In this document: positions 12,436 to 24,590 of the stretch, piece after piece
Layout of the letters: each line of letters begins with the position of its first letter
How positions within the stretch are numbered: the stretch's first letter is position 1
Assembly (NCBI GenBank): GCA_030390025.1
Contig: CM059432.1
Coordinates: forward strand, 124,684,001 to 124,748,000
Source of the DNA: Squalus acanthias
Lineage: Eukaryota
Direction: 5' to 3'
Length of the DNA: 64,000 bases
The notes under the pieces: model-generated
Told to the model about the DNA's origin: nothing
The model's database searches: none
What the model saw: only the letters and a program-made list of their open reading frames with translations
Position numbers and translations under genes: made by a program

Positions 12436-14859
12436 GTAAATAAGACAGTATTTCAACAATCATCCTGATGAACATTGTAGAGAATAAGAATAACTTGGCA
12501 AAGAAATAATCTCTGCAAAGACTATGAATTTGGGTTTATTTTTGGTGTAACAAAACCCCGCTATATTCTGGAAACAGTCTGGGCATCAACTATATTTTCC
12601 ATGATATTACAGGGTACAACATACTATTTTAGATCAACAAATCTTTAAGTTCACACATCTTATTTCAGAAAAGCACCATGACATTTGATATGTGTCGTGA
12701 CATTTTCCTAAATATTTTCTTAACATATCACAGCTAGACTGCTAGACTGAATCTTGCCCCCCAGGAACAAAAAGGCACGATATTGCATCTGAACCACAGC
12801 GTGATTCCTCTTATTGCTACAACAGCATTACTAGTCTTGGAAATATCTGCAGCTCTCTGTCGAAAAGTACAAAGGGGAAAGAGAGGGAATATGCTGTAAA
12901 CTCCACTCTATTCGTTATACTTCAGCTGGAATTTGGGTGGGGATTCTCCTAATCTCCCGCTGTAACTTTGGCGGAAACTCCAGAGAAACAAGTCAGTCTC
13001 CTATTTTATAAATGCAATTTTGGCAGAACCCTTTCAGTCTCATTGATATATGCATCACTTTCCTTTATTGAAAGAACATGAAAAAAACATGCATTGAGGT
13101 GTGACTTATACACCACATTTTAAAGCAAAACTCACAATTAAAACATAATAGGGGGATTTTAGAGTGGCGCGCATAATGGGTAAGCGACGGGGTATGCGGG
13201 TGTGCGGAGACGCCATGGGGGCCATTTTCATGCTCAGGCCTAATTTAAATGAAGTTGTTGAGCTGCCAGTGCAAATCGCACTCCCTATAGGTAGCTCACC
13301 GATCTGTAGGGCGGGAAATCTGATAGAACGGCCAAATTTCAAGGGCCTACAGCAGCACCATAAAGGGGAGGGGTGGAAACATCAGGAGGGAAAGGAAAGA
13401 CCAGTTTAGAGCAGAAGGCAACATTTTTGCAGCACCTCCTTCAAACATAGTGCAGGGTAGCAGAATTTATGGGGGCCTAAAGCAGGTGTTGAATCCCCAG
13501 CAAATTTAGTGACACTTTTCACTATTTGACCTTTGGCTGGGTCATCACTCGCATTAAATTTTCCTAAAGTGGAGGATCTGGGTAAGTCATCCATCCGCAC
13601 TTAGTGAGGGTGGGAGGAGGAATCAGTCACCAGTTGAAAAATGAAATCTATGGCAGCACAGTGATGAAGCATGCTACAGAATAAATGCATGACATAGTGG
13701 GGTAGGTATGGAGCTATGTTTATTTTTAAGCCTGACACACATCAAAATAGATCACATTTTTTAAACCAGAATGGCTGATTGTTACTCTTAATGAGTGGCA
13801 TTTGACAGGTGCTTCTGATTATGGAAGGGTTTTCACATGCTCCAGTTAGAGTTGCCACCTGTTTGGTGTCGGGTCAGACAGCCCAGTTATTCGGTGGGCT
13901 GTCTGGGAATTTATAAAATATAAACCAGACACGAAATATCCACATTTTTTTTTTTAAAAGGAAGTCTATTTTCTCCCACTTTTGATGTGGAGACATTACT
14001 TGAATTGCAATGAATTTTCATCAGCAGGAAACATCAGAAATGCAGCTAAGTTGCAACTGGCTATCCTGCTTCTGTTCTGTGTGCCCTCCCCCTTAGAATT
14101 TGGAATGTAGAAACACCACAGAGATCAATTCCATGAGATCCGCCGCCTGCTATCCCAATCCCTTCCCAATCAAGCTCCTCACCACTCAACTACCATTAGT
14201 TGAAAATAAAACCTAGTTTGACCTCTCTCTTATAAAAAACAATGCCAAACAACCAATTCCATTTCTAACCTTCCTTCCTTGCTAAGGTTCTTGAATGCAT
14301 AATTATCACCAACTCAGCACCCACCTTCCCAACCACTCCCTGCTGGTCAAAGAAAGCCTGTAAGACTGTGACCACGATGCACTATCTTTCCTTATCCTTC
14401 TCCTCCATAGTCCACCTCTATAGCAATGCCCTGTTCTGGTGCCATTCCGACCTGGCCCATTGTAGTTTGCTCCCACGCCCATTCTGCTCCCATGCCCGTT
14501 CAATATATATAAGTGCAACTTCTTTCTTTCTCTGGTGTTTTCTAAGACTCCATCATTGGCCCTCTCTCGGCAACCTCTAGGAGCTCGCGCCGAAGCGAAC
14601 CCAGCTGAAGACTGCAGCAACACAGCAGCTGCTGGGGAAGTCTGGCCCAGCTGGTTTTCTGGCAGCAGGGCGGGCCTTGGTTGAGGGCACTGTGATGGCC
14701 CAGACATGTTGCCATCCCAAGAGATGGCAATATGTTCTAAACGTGTTCCATTCCCATTGCACAACTACAACACTGCAATCCCCCAGATCCATGGAAGTAC
14801 AGACTGTAGGAAATTTGTAATACGACTGAAGCCCTGATCAATTTGAACTCCCACCCTGT

Positions 14860-16312
14860 CCAGGATGGAGGAGATGCCACTACTGGTTTCGTAGAATTCG
14901 CATGGAGGGCCTAATTGCAGCATTCATTGAGGTGATGATATACCCCATGTCGGACATGTAGCAGAAGCACCCTGGGAGGCAGTCCAATGCATTCAGCAAT
15001 TGCTGGTGACAGAAAACATCTTTCTTCTAAAGATTGGGGCCCTAAAGTCTGCATTTTTGTCCTCTTTAGCAGGGCTGGGATGTGAGCTGGCCCTCCAGGA
15101 AATTGGGTCGTCCTTTCCACCTGCATCTGCTCCTGCTCAATTGTGCTGAGTGAATCACCCACTGCAGACCCCTCTAATTCACTATCTATACCATGGAGGG
15201 TGCCATTTCTGTACTGGTACTTCATACAGCAAGACCAAGTGGCAGTGCATCTTCAGGAGAGTTCTCCCCCTCAGTCTGTACCATGCTGAGTATGTGAGTG
15301 AGAGAGTTAAGCAGAAAGACAAAGGGAAGGGAAGATGCTAAAACACCCTGCCATGCATGGCCTCCAGCCTCGTCATCTCCAATGCTCCATGCCCTCTCTC
15401 TGCCAATGATGTTGATGGTGGCCTCTTCGATTAGTGTCAGTGTCTGGAAAGAGTCTGGACCTCCTCATGATCTCGTACTCTTCCTTCTGTTGTGTGCCAG
15501 CTTCTCCTGTAAGAAGACTGAAAGTGGATTAGTCCGTGCCCTGTTGAAGGGTTTTCAAGATGTCTGAGGCAGTTTAGTATAGTGTGAAAGTTGAAGAAGC
15601 AGCAAGTGTGGCCAAGAGGGGGAAGTAGTTGTTTTGGTGGTAGCAGGTTTTGAGTGCAAGCAGAAGGAGGTACAGTGATGTGTCCCATTCTGATTGGAGG
15701 AGAGGAATGGGAGGCAGGGGAGGGAAGGATTGGTAATGCTGGGGCTAAAGTAAGACGTTGCAGGGATGTGCAAAGAGTGAAAGAGGTATAAAGGGGAGTC
15801 TTACCTTGGCAGTCCCGGTGAGGTCATTCGTTTTTCTTTCCTGCACTGCAGCCTGGTCCTGGGAACAATGCTGGTGCAATTTATTTGCTCCGCCAGCTCT
15901 TTCCTTTACTGCTGAGAAATTTGTCTGGGCATCTATGGCCCAATGGAGGGGAAGAGGACTTCTTTCCTCCTGCTGACTTGTTCTATGTGCACCTCCACTG
16001 CTGCATCAGATCTTCTGGGGACCTTGGTTGAAGTCATGCTCCAGAAAATCACTGTCCACTATCCACTATCAAAAAGTCCACCTCCCCTTTAAGGGGCTAC
16101 AGACTGCTTTTAAGTAGCATCCACCTTGCCGTTTTTCCTGCTTTCCCAATCGACGAGCTACCAAAAGGGCACACGATTAGTGCTGACAGCTCACCGATTG
16201 CATTTAAATTAGGCCTGGCCACGCAAATGGCAAGGGGCTCCCGGCAACTGCATTGCATGGGTGAAGCAAACACTCCCTCCACCGGATCTACACAAAACAT
16301 TATTGTCAACCC
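14860..16312 (-). pseudogene. Decayed Harbinger Myb/SANT partner gene with introns, plus element end
   Basis: Exon 1 16037-15805 (MTSTKVPRRSDAAVEV..RRKEVLFP..RTRLQCRK..NDLTGTAK|gtaag; two stops, one frameshift). Exon 2 15506-15347 (160 nt, EKLAHNRRKSTRS*GG..). Outer limits are approximate. Confidence 0.75.
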
Positions 16313-16386
16313 CAGTGGTAACGTGGCTGCCTCCCCAGCTTCATCCTGCACAAACTTCAACTAATCCAGAACTCTGTTTCTAAATC

Positions 16387-16845
16387 AGCCTTGGCTCAGT
16401 GGTAGCACTCTCACTTCAGAATCAGAAGATTGTGGGTTTAAGCCCCACTCCAGAGAATTGGGCACATAATCTAGGCTGACACTTCAGTGCAGTACTGAGA
16501 GAGTGCTGCACAGTTGGAGGTGCCGTCTTTCGGATGTGATATTAAACTAAGGCCCCATGTGCACTCTCAGGCGAATGTTAAAGATCCCATGGCACTATTT
16601 GAATAAATGTAGGGGAGTTCTCCTGGTGTACCGGCTAACATTTAACCTTCAAACAACACCACCAAAGACAAATCATCTGGTCATTTATCTCATTGCTGTT
16701 TGTGGGACCTTGCTGTGCTCATTGGCTTCCAAGTTTCCCTAAATAACAATAGTGACACACTTCAAAAGTACTTTATTGGTTGTGAAGCGTTTGGGACATC
16801 CTGATGTTGTGAAGATACTGTATGAATGCAAGATCTTTCTTTCTC
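16387..16845 (+). mobile_element. Deu-SINE (SacSINE1/AmnSINE1-like), full length
   Basis: tRNA-like head TTGGCTCAGTGGTAGCACTCT, Deu-type core GGAGGTGCCGTCTTTCGGATG...AAAGATCCCATGGCACTATT, L2-type tail. Confidence 0.85.
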
Positions 16846-17164
16846 TATTTCTTAGATATGTGCAACAGAGTTTTGGACATGTTGAAGTTATTGAATGTGG
16901 GGCGAGGGGGTAAGGAGTGTGTTGGAATTGTTAATCCGATTTTAACTCAGGGTGCGAATCAGGCGTGCCGGGAGAGGGAGGGGTGGCGGGGTGGGTGGCA
17001 AGCCCCGTGCATTTTGCCGTCATTGACACTGCCCTCCCGAATTGGACAGTCCACCCACATCATGTGCACAATTTCCGGTTCGACTCTCGAGGCCTACTTA
17101 AAGCAGGGATGCAGCTCTTAAAGTGAGATTGCATCCCCTGCTTGCATTTATCTTTAAAGAACGG

Positions 17165-18751
17165 TGGAAGACTTTTTGAGGACACAGATAAGTCAAAGAG
17201 CTATTCCCCACATTTCAGATGCTTCCCTGGAGATCCTAGTGGAGGAAGTGAGGACGCGAATGGAGCAGCTGTTTCTCAAAACCTGCAAGGGTGTCCCCAA
17301 GGCCAGAATGAAGCAGGCCTGAACAGATGTGTTGGAAAGGATCAGTGCCACCTGCATCACCTCCAGGAACTCGATGCAATCCAGAAAGAGACCTTACAAG
17401 AACAGCAAGGATGAGTACAGCTCTTCACCTCTCTATCTCTTGCAACAGCACCTCATAAAACTCCAAATACCACCTCCCCCATCACTCTCAACAATTTCCT
17501 TCCCTCCATCATATATTTCAGCATAAAATCACAATGGCACACTGCAACAACTCTCTCATTCCAAACACATTTACCTCTTCCTTTCCACTCTTAACAGCAC
17601 ATACTAACACCATTCTTTTCTCACATCCTACCACTTGCACAACCACCAACTCCTCCCACCACTCCTTCGTCACTTCAAAGTGCACACACTTGGCCCCATC
17701 CTCATTCCATGTTGTTTCTTCACCACCTCTCAACAGATTCACTATATGCACAAGCCCTACACTCACCTCAGCAAATATGCAGAAACATTCACAACTTCAA
17801 TCTGCATTCTCAAGACTGTCATCTGCAAATGTTCAACTTCCATCTGCCATCCTAACTCTTGTCCCTTTTCTCTTTCTTCTAGGTCCTTCTCGGTAGCAGG
17901 AGGCTCCTGCACCTCAGAGGAGACACCAGTTCAGACACTGGCACTGTGTGTGTGGTAGTTGGTGAGCTTAAGGGGCCTGCATGTGGTAAAACACCAGCAT
18001 CGGTGGGCAACAGCAGGTACTGTTGGCAGGGACAACCCAGGAGACAGCTTGGCAGAGGGCGAGGCCCTCTCCCAAATCTGCTGGGGATGACAGAGATGAT
18101 GACTTCATAGGCCCAACCATGGCATCACACACGCAGTTATAGGAGGTATTGGAAAGCGTGCCAAGAGGTGTGGAGGAGTCCATTTCCAGCCCCTCTGGCG
18201 TTATCTTGCATGGCATCACAATTCTGCAGTCTACCCATGAGAGTGTGGTCACCTCCAGGAACACTGCAGTCAGCCCCTCACAACAGGAGTCCATGTACAC
18301 GTGCTTTTTTGCTTTGGTGGAAGCTCAAACAACTGCCATGTAGGCTCTGAGCTGCACCATGGCGAGATTAGTAGATCGAATAGATAGGGGCTTTGAAGAA
18401 GTCACTCATCTTCTGCAGTCTGCTCTCCTGCAGATTAGTGGAAGTGCTGAGGCCCAGCCCCAAGAGAGTGAGAGTGGTGCGATGGGAGCAGTACATGTTG
18501 GCTTCTCTCAGCATGTCACCTGAGTCTTCCTTCGCCACTCCCTCAACCAATACCCGCTATGGTGCCCGCAAGTCAACTGGGCCAAACTGTCCCAGCAGCA
18601 GCCAAGGTGCAGTAGTCTGCAGCCAGGCCTTCACAGGCTCGTGCACCCAGAAATCACCGGCCAGAAGCCTGTCAAGGGTCGCCGCATAAGGAACAGCAGC
18701 CCTCCACCAGCTTTGCTGAGGCCACTAGGACAGCACCTCGTAGGAGTAGTG
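17165..18751 (+). pseudogene. Harbinger Myb/SANT partner gene of the outer element, decayed
   Basis: ISDASLEILVEEVRTRMEQLF..ISATCITSRNSMQSRKR; C/A/T-rich intron ending TTCTTCTAG at 17882; C-terminus PSTSFAEATRTAPRRSS is homologous to that of the inner element's gene. Confidence 0.75.
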
Positions 18752-19759
18752 GGGTGCGATTTTAATAGCCCTGAGGAGGTGAGTTTGGAGGCGGGTCTGT
18801 TGGAAAAAATCGGGAAAAATGGCTTCAGACACCCAACCCGCCTCCATCCCGCCCCCACCCGATATTCCTGAGTGTCTGTTTAGCCGCTCCCAAACTGACC
18901 CGTCTCCAACCGGTGGGACAGGTAGTTAAGGCCTGTTAACTACCTTGCTAATCCTATTTTCATAGTGGTTTCCCATTTTCCTGCTTCTGGCTCCTGTTTC
19001 CCAACTAGTCCGAAACAGGCCAGGTTCAAGGAGACGAGTTGCTGGAGGACATGATTTGTATTCATTGGTGGAACTCTTTAAAAGCGCCCCTGAAACATGG
19101 CTGACATTCAAATGCAACAACTTTGCTGTTGTAGATATGGGATAACATTTTGCACATCTACTGACTTTCTGACTGTTCAAGCTGACACCCATCTGCAGTG
19201 TTTCATGAATGGAATTATTTCAGGGTACTTCGACTGTACGCTTGCAAGATTGTTACCTCAAATGAAATCTATAGCAAGGGGATGGGAAACATTTATGCCC
19301 TCTCATCCTGGTCCTCATAATCGGGGGAGTAGCAGCCACGTGGCTCACCTCATATCTTCCTGGGAAGAGGAGTAGGAGGAGGACGAGGGGAGCCTTGCAT
19401 GCCCTGTTATGACCAATGCAGCATCCCTCCAGTTCACTGCTGCCCGTCAACCAGGGTATGCACACTGCCATGCCACACTACCATAAGCTTACTCTTCGAC
19501 CATAGGTGGCCACCATATGGCTCTGTAATTGCACGCGACACTTGTCCAACGTTATACTTCATCTCTGCTATACCCTCTTATTTCCTATCACTTTTACCAT
19601 CAGCATTACAAATGTAAGTCGCCCTGAGCCCTCAATGCGCTTTTGCCATTTCCCAGAACACATAGGCCACACAATCAACTGTTTGCCATAATTTATCTTT
19701 AACACATGACAAAATATACCAACAGTCAGAAATAAAAGAAACATCACCCAAGTGAGTCC

Positions 19760-21707
19760 CTAGGTGCTTAATCTTTCTCTTACGTGTGCTTCCACATGGT
19801 GCTTCCCCTGTGGCTTCAGCAGATGTAGAGGCACCTTGCTGACTAGGATGCTGCGCCTGCTTAGACGCCTTTGGCGGGCGTCCTCTGGGTTTGGGAGCCT
19901 GGGAGGGCTCTTCAATAGTCTGCTCTTCCTGCGGCTGAAACGGCCATCTCAGTTGTCTCTGCAAAGTGGGTCTCTGACCGAGGGCTTCATAGTGGCATGG
20001 TCGTGCGCGTGCTTTGAGAGGAGCCCACACTTCCTTCTGTCCTGCCAACAACATCCCTCTCATGGGTCAGCCGCACCTCAGTGCTGGCAAGTGGCAGGAG
20101 AGCACCTTGCTGACTTCAGGGGGGCCATGAGGACCCGTATCTGCACTGGCAGTCCTCCTCAAAAGGACATCCATGAAGCTCTGGTCTTTCTGCTCAATAG
20201 CTGACCATCGCTCCTCCAGAGCTGTCATTCTATTCTGAACAGTCACCATGTTTTCCTGACTCTGGCGACTTATTTCCTCCATGGCCATAGCCATCCTTTC
20301 CACTGAGGTAGCCAGCCTTTCCACGGAGGTAGCCATCCTATCCATGGAGGTTGCCATCCTATCCATGGTGGTGCATTCATGCGCCATTGCCTCTACCACA
20401 GCAGTGCTGATGTTACAGATGGACTCCTCCATTCTCTCCACACTCACACTAACCCTGGAGGCAAACCATTCCAGAGATACCTGCACTTGTTCCTGTATTT
20501 CACAAACCGCTCTTTTTCTGGATGGCCCCAGTGCACAGTGTCGGCATGCAGCTCAGCAGAGCTAGGAGAGTCCTGCAACCTCCAAGGAGGACTCTCCACT
20601 GCTGTCGCTGTCTCCACCATCTGCTGATGCTCACTTGTGCGCTGTGATAGACCAGCTGGCAACACTACTCTAACTCGCGATGGCCCCACCGAGGTGTGCG
20701 TTGCTGCACTGGTGCTGGGTGCGCTGAGTCCTGGTGACGCTGGTCCCTCAGAGGCTTCAGGTTCCTCTGAGGAGATGTCCGGGTCTTCGTCCTGGATCGT
20801 GGGGAGGGGGCCGCTCGATGGTCCTGTAGGAGAGTAAAGGCTTGAATTAGACATCTGATATTGATGTAGCAGACACATCCTTTTGAGCAGATGATACAAA
20901 GCGATTCTCTATGAACATCATATTGCATTGCTTTCTGAGAGGGATGAAAATTTATTATGTCACCAGCTTCCTCTAGTGTACCCGTTTCTCCATCACCCAC
21001 TTCCAGGTCCTCGCCACCTCCAACAATCTCGTTTGCTGCCTCCTCAGCACTGGTCAATGTTGCAAGGGTAGCTGTTCCTCCTCAAGTCATTGCTCTCTCC
21101 CTCTTATTGTGTGCTATCTTTTCCTGCAAGGAGGGACACAAGCGGTGTTTCAGCCACAGTGATGGAGTGAGTGTGATTAACCCCTACCATAGAAGCTTTG
21201 AGTGAGACGAAGATGGGGTAAGGTGCCAAGAGGAAGGTAGTTCCCTGTGCGTTGTTAGTTGTTGTCACTGCATGACAGTGAGAGCGAGTCTAAAGGGTGC
21301 ATAGGCAGGATGCTGAAGTGATTCAGTGCAGAGACAGAGATGGATAGGAAAGGGTGCAAGGGAAGTAAGAGTAAGGTGGGATGTGAAGGAGGAGGCTTAC
21401 AAAGCAGAGTGCTGGTGATGAGAAGAGAAGGGAAGCAGAGTGAAGGCAAGTGAGATGGGATACTCACTTTTGATGTTCTCACAAGATCATTAAACCTCTT
21501 GCGGCACTGGATCCATGAGCGTGCATAAATACACCTTGCGCTCAACTCCTGAGCAATGCGCAGCCAGGCTGCCTTGATCTGCTGAAGAGGCTTCCTCCGG
21601 CCATCAGGAGGGAAGAGAATCTCCCTGCGCCCTCTAACAACATCGACAAGAACTTGGAGGGACTCATCATTAAAACGAGGAGCTGCCTTGCCTCTGGAAG
21701 AAGTCAT
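19760..21707 (-). pseudogene. Three-exon Harbinger Myb/SANT (trihelix-like) gene with coiled coil, AT-hook and basic tail
   Basis: Exon 1 21707-21468 (80 codons, APRFNDESLQVLV..RSWIQCRKRFNDL, donor GTGAGT); exon 2 21123-20964; exon 3 from 20823; splice phases 0 and 1 are compatible. Lesions: TGA 21084-21082, frameshift near 20530, TGA 20069-20067. The 3' end is approximate. Confidence 0.85.
20285..20370 (-). repeat. 21-bp coding tandem repeat (about 4 copies) giving heptads
   Basis: Unit about GCCATCCTWTCCAYKGAGGTA; the minus strand reads MDRMATS MDRMATS VERLATS VERMAMA. Confidence 0.9.
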
Positions 21708-22239
21708 AGCTTTGAAAAGAAGTGCAGGAAACCACAATGGAAAAGCTCAGGCTGGATGGCAGCTTTAAATGCAGCTGCTATTATGACTTCATCAGAGGCG
21801 GCCAGCCGACCCGATCCCACTCATTGGACCGGCCAGCGCACCTCCATGAAATTAACAAGGTACTTTAATAAAAATCGCAACTCTGCAGCTGTTCCCGCCG
21901 GAAGTGGCTCCCGAACCCGCCCACCATGCAACCTGACTCCAACCCGCCTCGGGAATTAAAATCGAGCCCGTGGAGTTAGTAATCCTTATTTTTTTTTAAA
22001 GCGTTATGGGGTGATCACTTGGGTGAAAAATGAATGGAAGGCAATTATTATGTTTGCCATTAAATTAATTGCCTTTATCACATTTGGTATTTCTGTCTGC
22101 AGTGTGCTTTAATAGCAGCTTCTGAGCCTGCTTCATCAGTATGTCATTGGCATAGAAGTTGGTTGAATGGTTTCAATTTTATTTAATGCAGTGGTGCAGG
22201 ATGTATCAAAGACTGTTAAGCAGAGGGGCTCTGTCTAAG

Positions 22240-23400
22240 TTTTAAGGGCAGCTCAGAGAAATTGCTGAGCAGTGAGCTGATCCCTCACATCTCATGCTGC
22301 AAGGCATTGAGCAGGCCCTCCCTGTTTTGCTGCTTCCTCTCCTTCTGCCCTGATTTTCCTCGTCCAATGAGGGCTCCTGCTGCTGCTGCTCTGCCTCATC
22401 CAAATGCTGGCCTCTCCATAATGCGAGGTTATGCAGCATGCAGCACTCCACAAAGATGCAGGAGACTGTCTCTAGGACATATTGTAGGGATCCCCCCACC
22501 CCCAACCCATTGAGACACTTGAAGATCTATAATAATCTTGGTGGTCCCCTGGCTTTGGTTATACCTGTATTGCTGGGGTGTGGTGGGGTTTCGCGGGGGC
22601 CATTAGCCAGGTCTGTAGGGGGATTCTCTTGTCGCCCAGCAGCCAGCCTGTAACGTTCCTCAAAGGGTCAAATATTAGTGCGATGGTAGCTTGTCCCAGG
22701 AAATGCATTGTGGCAGTTCCCTGGGTATCTTGCACAGACCTGCAGGATGGTGTTCCTGTGACCAGCTACTAGATGCACATTGATGGCATGGTATCCTTTT
22801 CTATTTACATATATTGCTGGCTGATGTTCCAGTGTCCTGATGGCAACGTGTGTGCAGCTAATGATGCCCTGGAGGTGAGGGAAGCCAGCCAATGTTGAAA
22901 AGCCCCAAACTCTCTCGTTTCCATTGACTGCTGAGGTCAATGGGGAAGGTGATGTACTGCTCTTCCCAGATGAACATGACATCAGTCACCTGCTTAATAC
23001 AGTTGTGCACTGCAGACTGTGATATTTAGCTGATGTCCCCTGTAGCAGACTGAATGAATCCAGTGACTAAAAACTTAAGGGCTGTGGTAACTTTGAGAGC
23101 CAGTGGCAAAGCATGCCCGCCTGGTCCAGTAGGCAGTAGGTCCTGTTCCAAGTGGCTGCAAAGGTCTGCCACAGCTTGCCTGGAGAAGCGTTGCCTCCTC
23201 CTGCAATTTTCCTCAGCTAGGTCCAAAAAGGTTACTCTTAGTCTGTACACACTGTGTGCTGGGTATGGCCTCCCACAAGCAGCCTTCCCTCACCTGCTGT
23301 CTTCTGAGAGGCCCAGCTGCTGGAGAATGCAGAGGCTGCTGAAGTTGCGGTTGGAGCAGCTCCTCCTCCAAGTGTTCTTCCATCCAGAATGAAGTAGTAG
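22240..23400 (-). pseudogene. Harbinger (HARBI1-like) DDE transposase of the outer element
   Basis: RFSRQAVADLC..ALPLALKVTTAL, AGFPHLQGIISCTHVAI, NRKGYHAINVHLV, ARYPGNCHNAF, GGSLQY, CCMLHNLAL; several stops and frameshifts. Confidence 0.92.
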
Positions 23401-23912
23401 TAGCCCTCACAATCAGCAGCTGAAGCTCACTGAGGGTGATGAGGCCAAACAAAATGTACTGGGAAATCTCCTAGCAAACCAAACAGCAGAAAAGATACTC
23501 TGATCCAGAGAGTTGCAGCACCTGAGAGCCCCTTTTCATCCAGCTTCAGTAGCTCTCACACACCCATCACGCCAGGTTTTACTGGCAGGTCTGAGACTGG
23601 GTGGGGTTTCCCCAATTTTAAGTTAAAATGACAATAGAGTCCGGATGACATAATTGGAAGACGACTTTTATATTTTAATAGGACCACCGCCCCCCCCCCC
23701 CCCCCCCCGCCCCCCCACCCGTGCTTGCCTGGGACGGGTGCCTGTCCCAAACCAAAAATATCAGCGGGCATGAACGATTCGGGAGTGGAGTAGTAAGTTC
23801 CCAGACAGTATTGTAAACCACCCCCCTCCCCCAATTTATATCAGCTCTGCCAGGCGGACAGGTTAAAATCAGGGCTGTTGAGTCTGGAGGTGAGGTGAAA
23901 TCTGGAAATGAT

Positions 23913-24377
23913 AGAAAGAAAGATTTGCATTTATATAGTGCCTTTCACGACCACCGGACATCCCAAAGCACTTTACAGCTAATGAAGTACTTTTTGAAGT
24001 GTAGTCACTGTTGTAATGTAAGAAACGTGGCAGCCAATTTGCGCACAGCAAGCTCCCACAAACAGCAATGTGATAATGACCAGATAATCTGTTTTTGTGA
24101 TGTTGATTGAAGGATAAATATTGGCTAGGGCACCAGGGTTAACTTCCCTACTCTTCTTTGAAATAGTGCCATAGGATCTTTTACGTCCACTCGAAAGGGT
24201 AGACGGGGCCTTGGTTTAACGCCTCATCTGAAAGATGGCACCTCCGACAGTGCAGCACTCTCTCAGCACTGCATTGGAGTGGCAACCTAGATTTTTGTAC
24301 TCAAGTCTCTAGAGTGGGGCTTGAACCCCCAACCTTCTGACTCAGAGGCCAGGGTGCTACCAACTGAGCCACGGCTG
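23913..24377 (-). mobile_element. Deu-SINE, full length
   Basis: Reverse complement has the same head, core and tail as 16387-16845. Confidence 0.88.
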
Positions 24378-24491
24378 ACACTGATGAAATAATGCATGAG
24401 GGTTTCAATAGCAGGTGGGCTGAGGTAGGAGTGCATGCATATGATATTGTTGAGGTGGAAGTAGGCAGTTATTGTGATGAAGAGGACATGG

Positions 24492-24590
24492 GGTACTGAA
24501 TTTGGATGATCAGCCATGATCTCATTAAATGGCGGAGCAGGCTCGAGGGGCCGAATGGCTTACTCCTGCTCCTATCTTCTATGTTTCTAT
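24492..24590 (+). mobile_element. About 100-bp CR1 3' stub
   Basis: 3' UTR hairpin and TTTCTATG tail only, with ATGGG at both junctions. Confidence 0.85.

Larger units (their letters stand above)
18752..21969. mobile_element. Harbinger element (3218 bp), transposase deleted, Myb gene retained
   Basis: 14-bp TIRs GGGTGCGATTTTAA / TTAAAATCGAGCCC and a perfect 3-bp TSD GTG at 18749-18751 and 21970-21972. Confidence 0.9.
16932..23876. mobile_element. Formerly autonomous Harbinger transposon (Myb gene +, transposase -, convergent) containing a nested Harbinger
   Basis: Imperfect termini TCCGATTTTAAC / GTTAAAATCAGGG; both genes are recognisable. Confidence 0.75.

Noticed and set aside
14306..14764. 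152-aa minus-strand ORF as a possible CCDC102B exon
   Set aside because: No coiled-coil character and no WWSDCTANWREKW-type motif; overlaps decayed repeat sequence.
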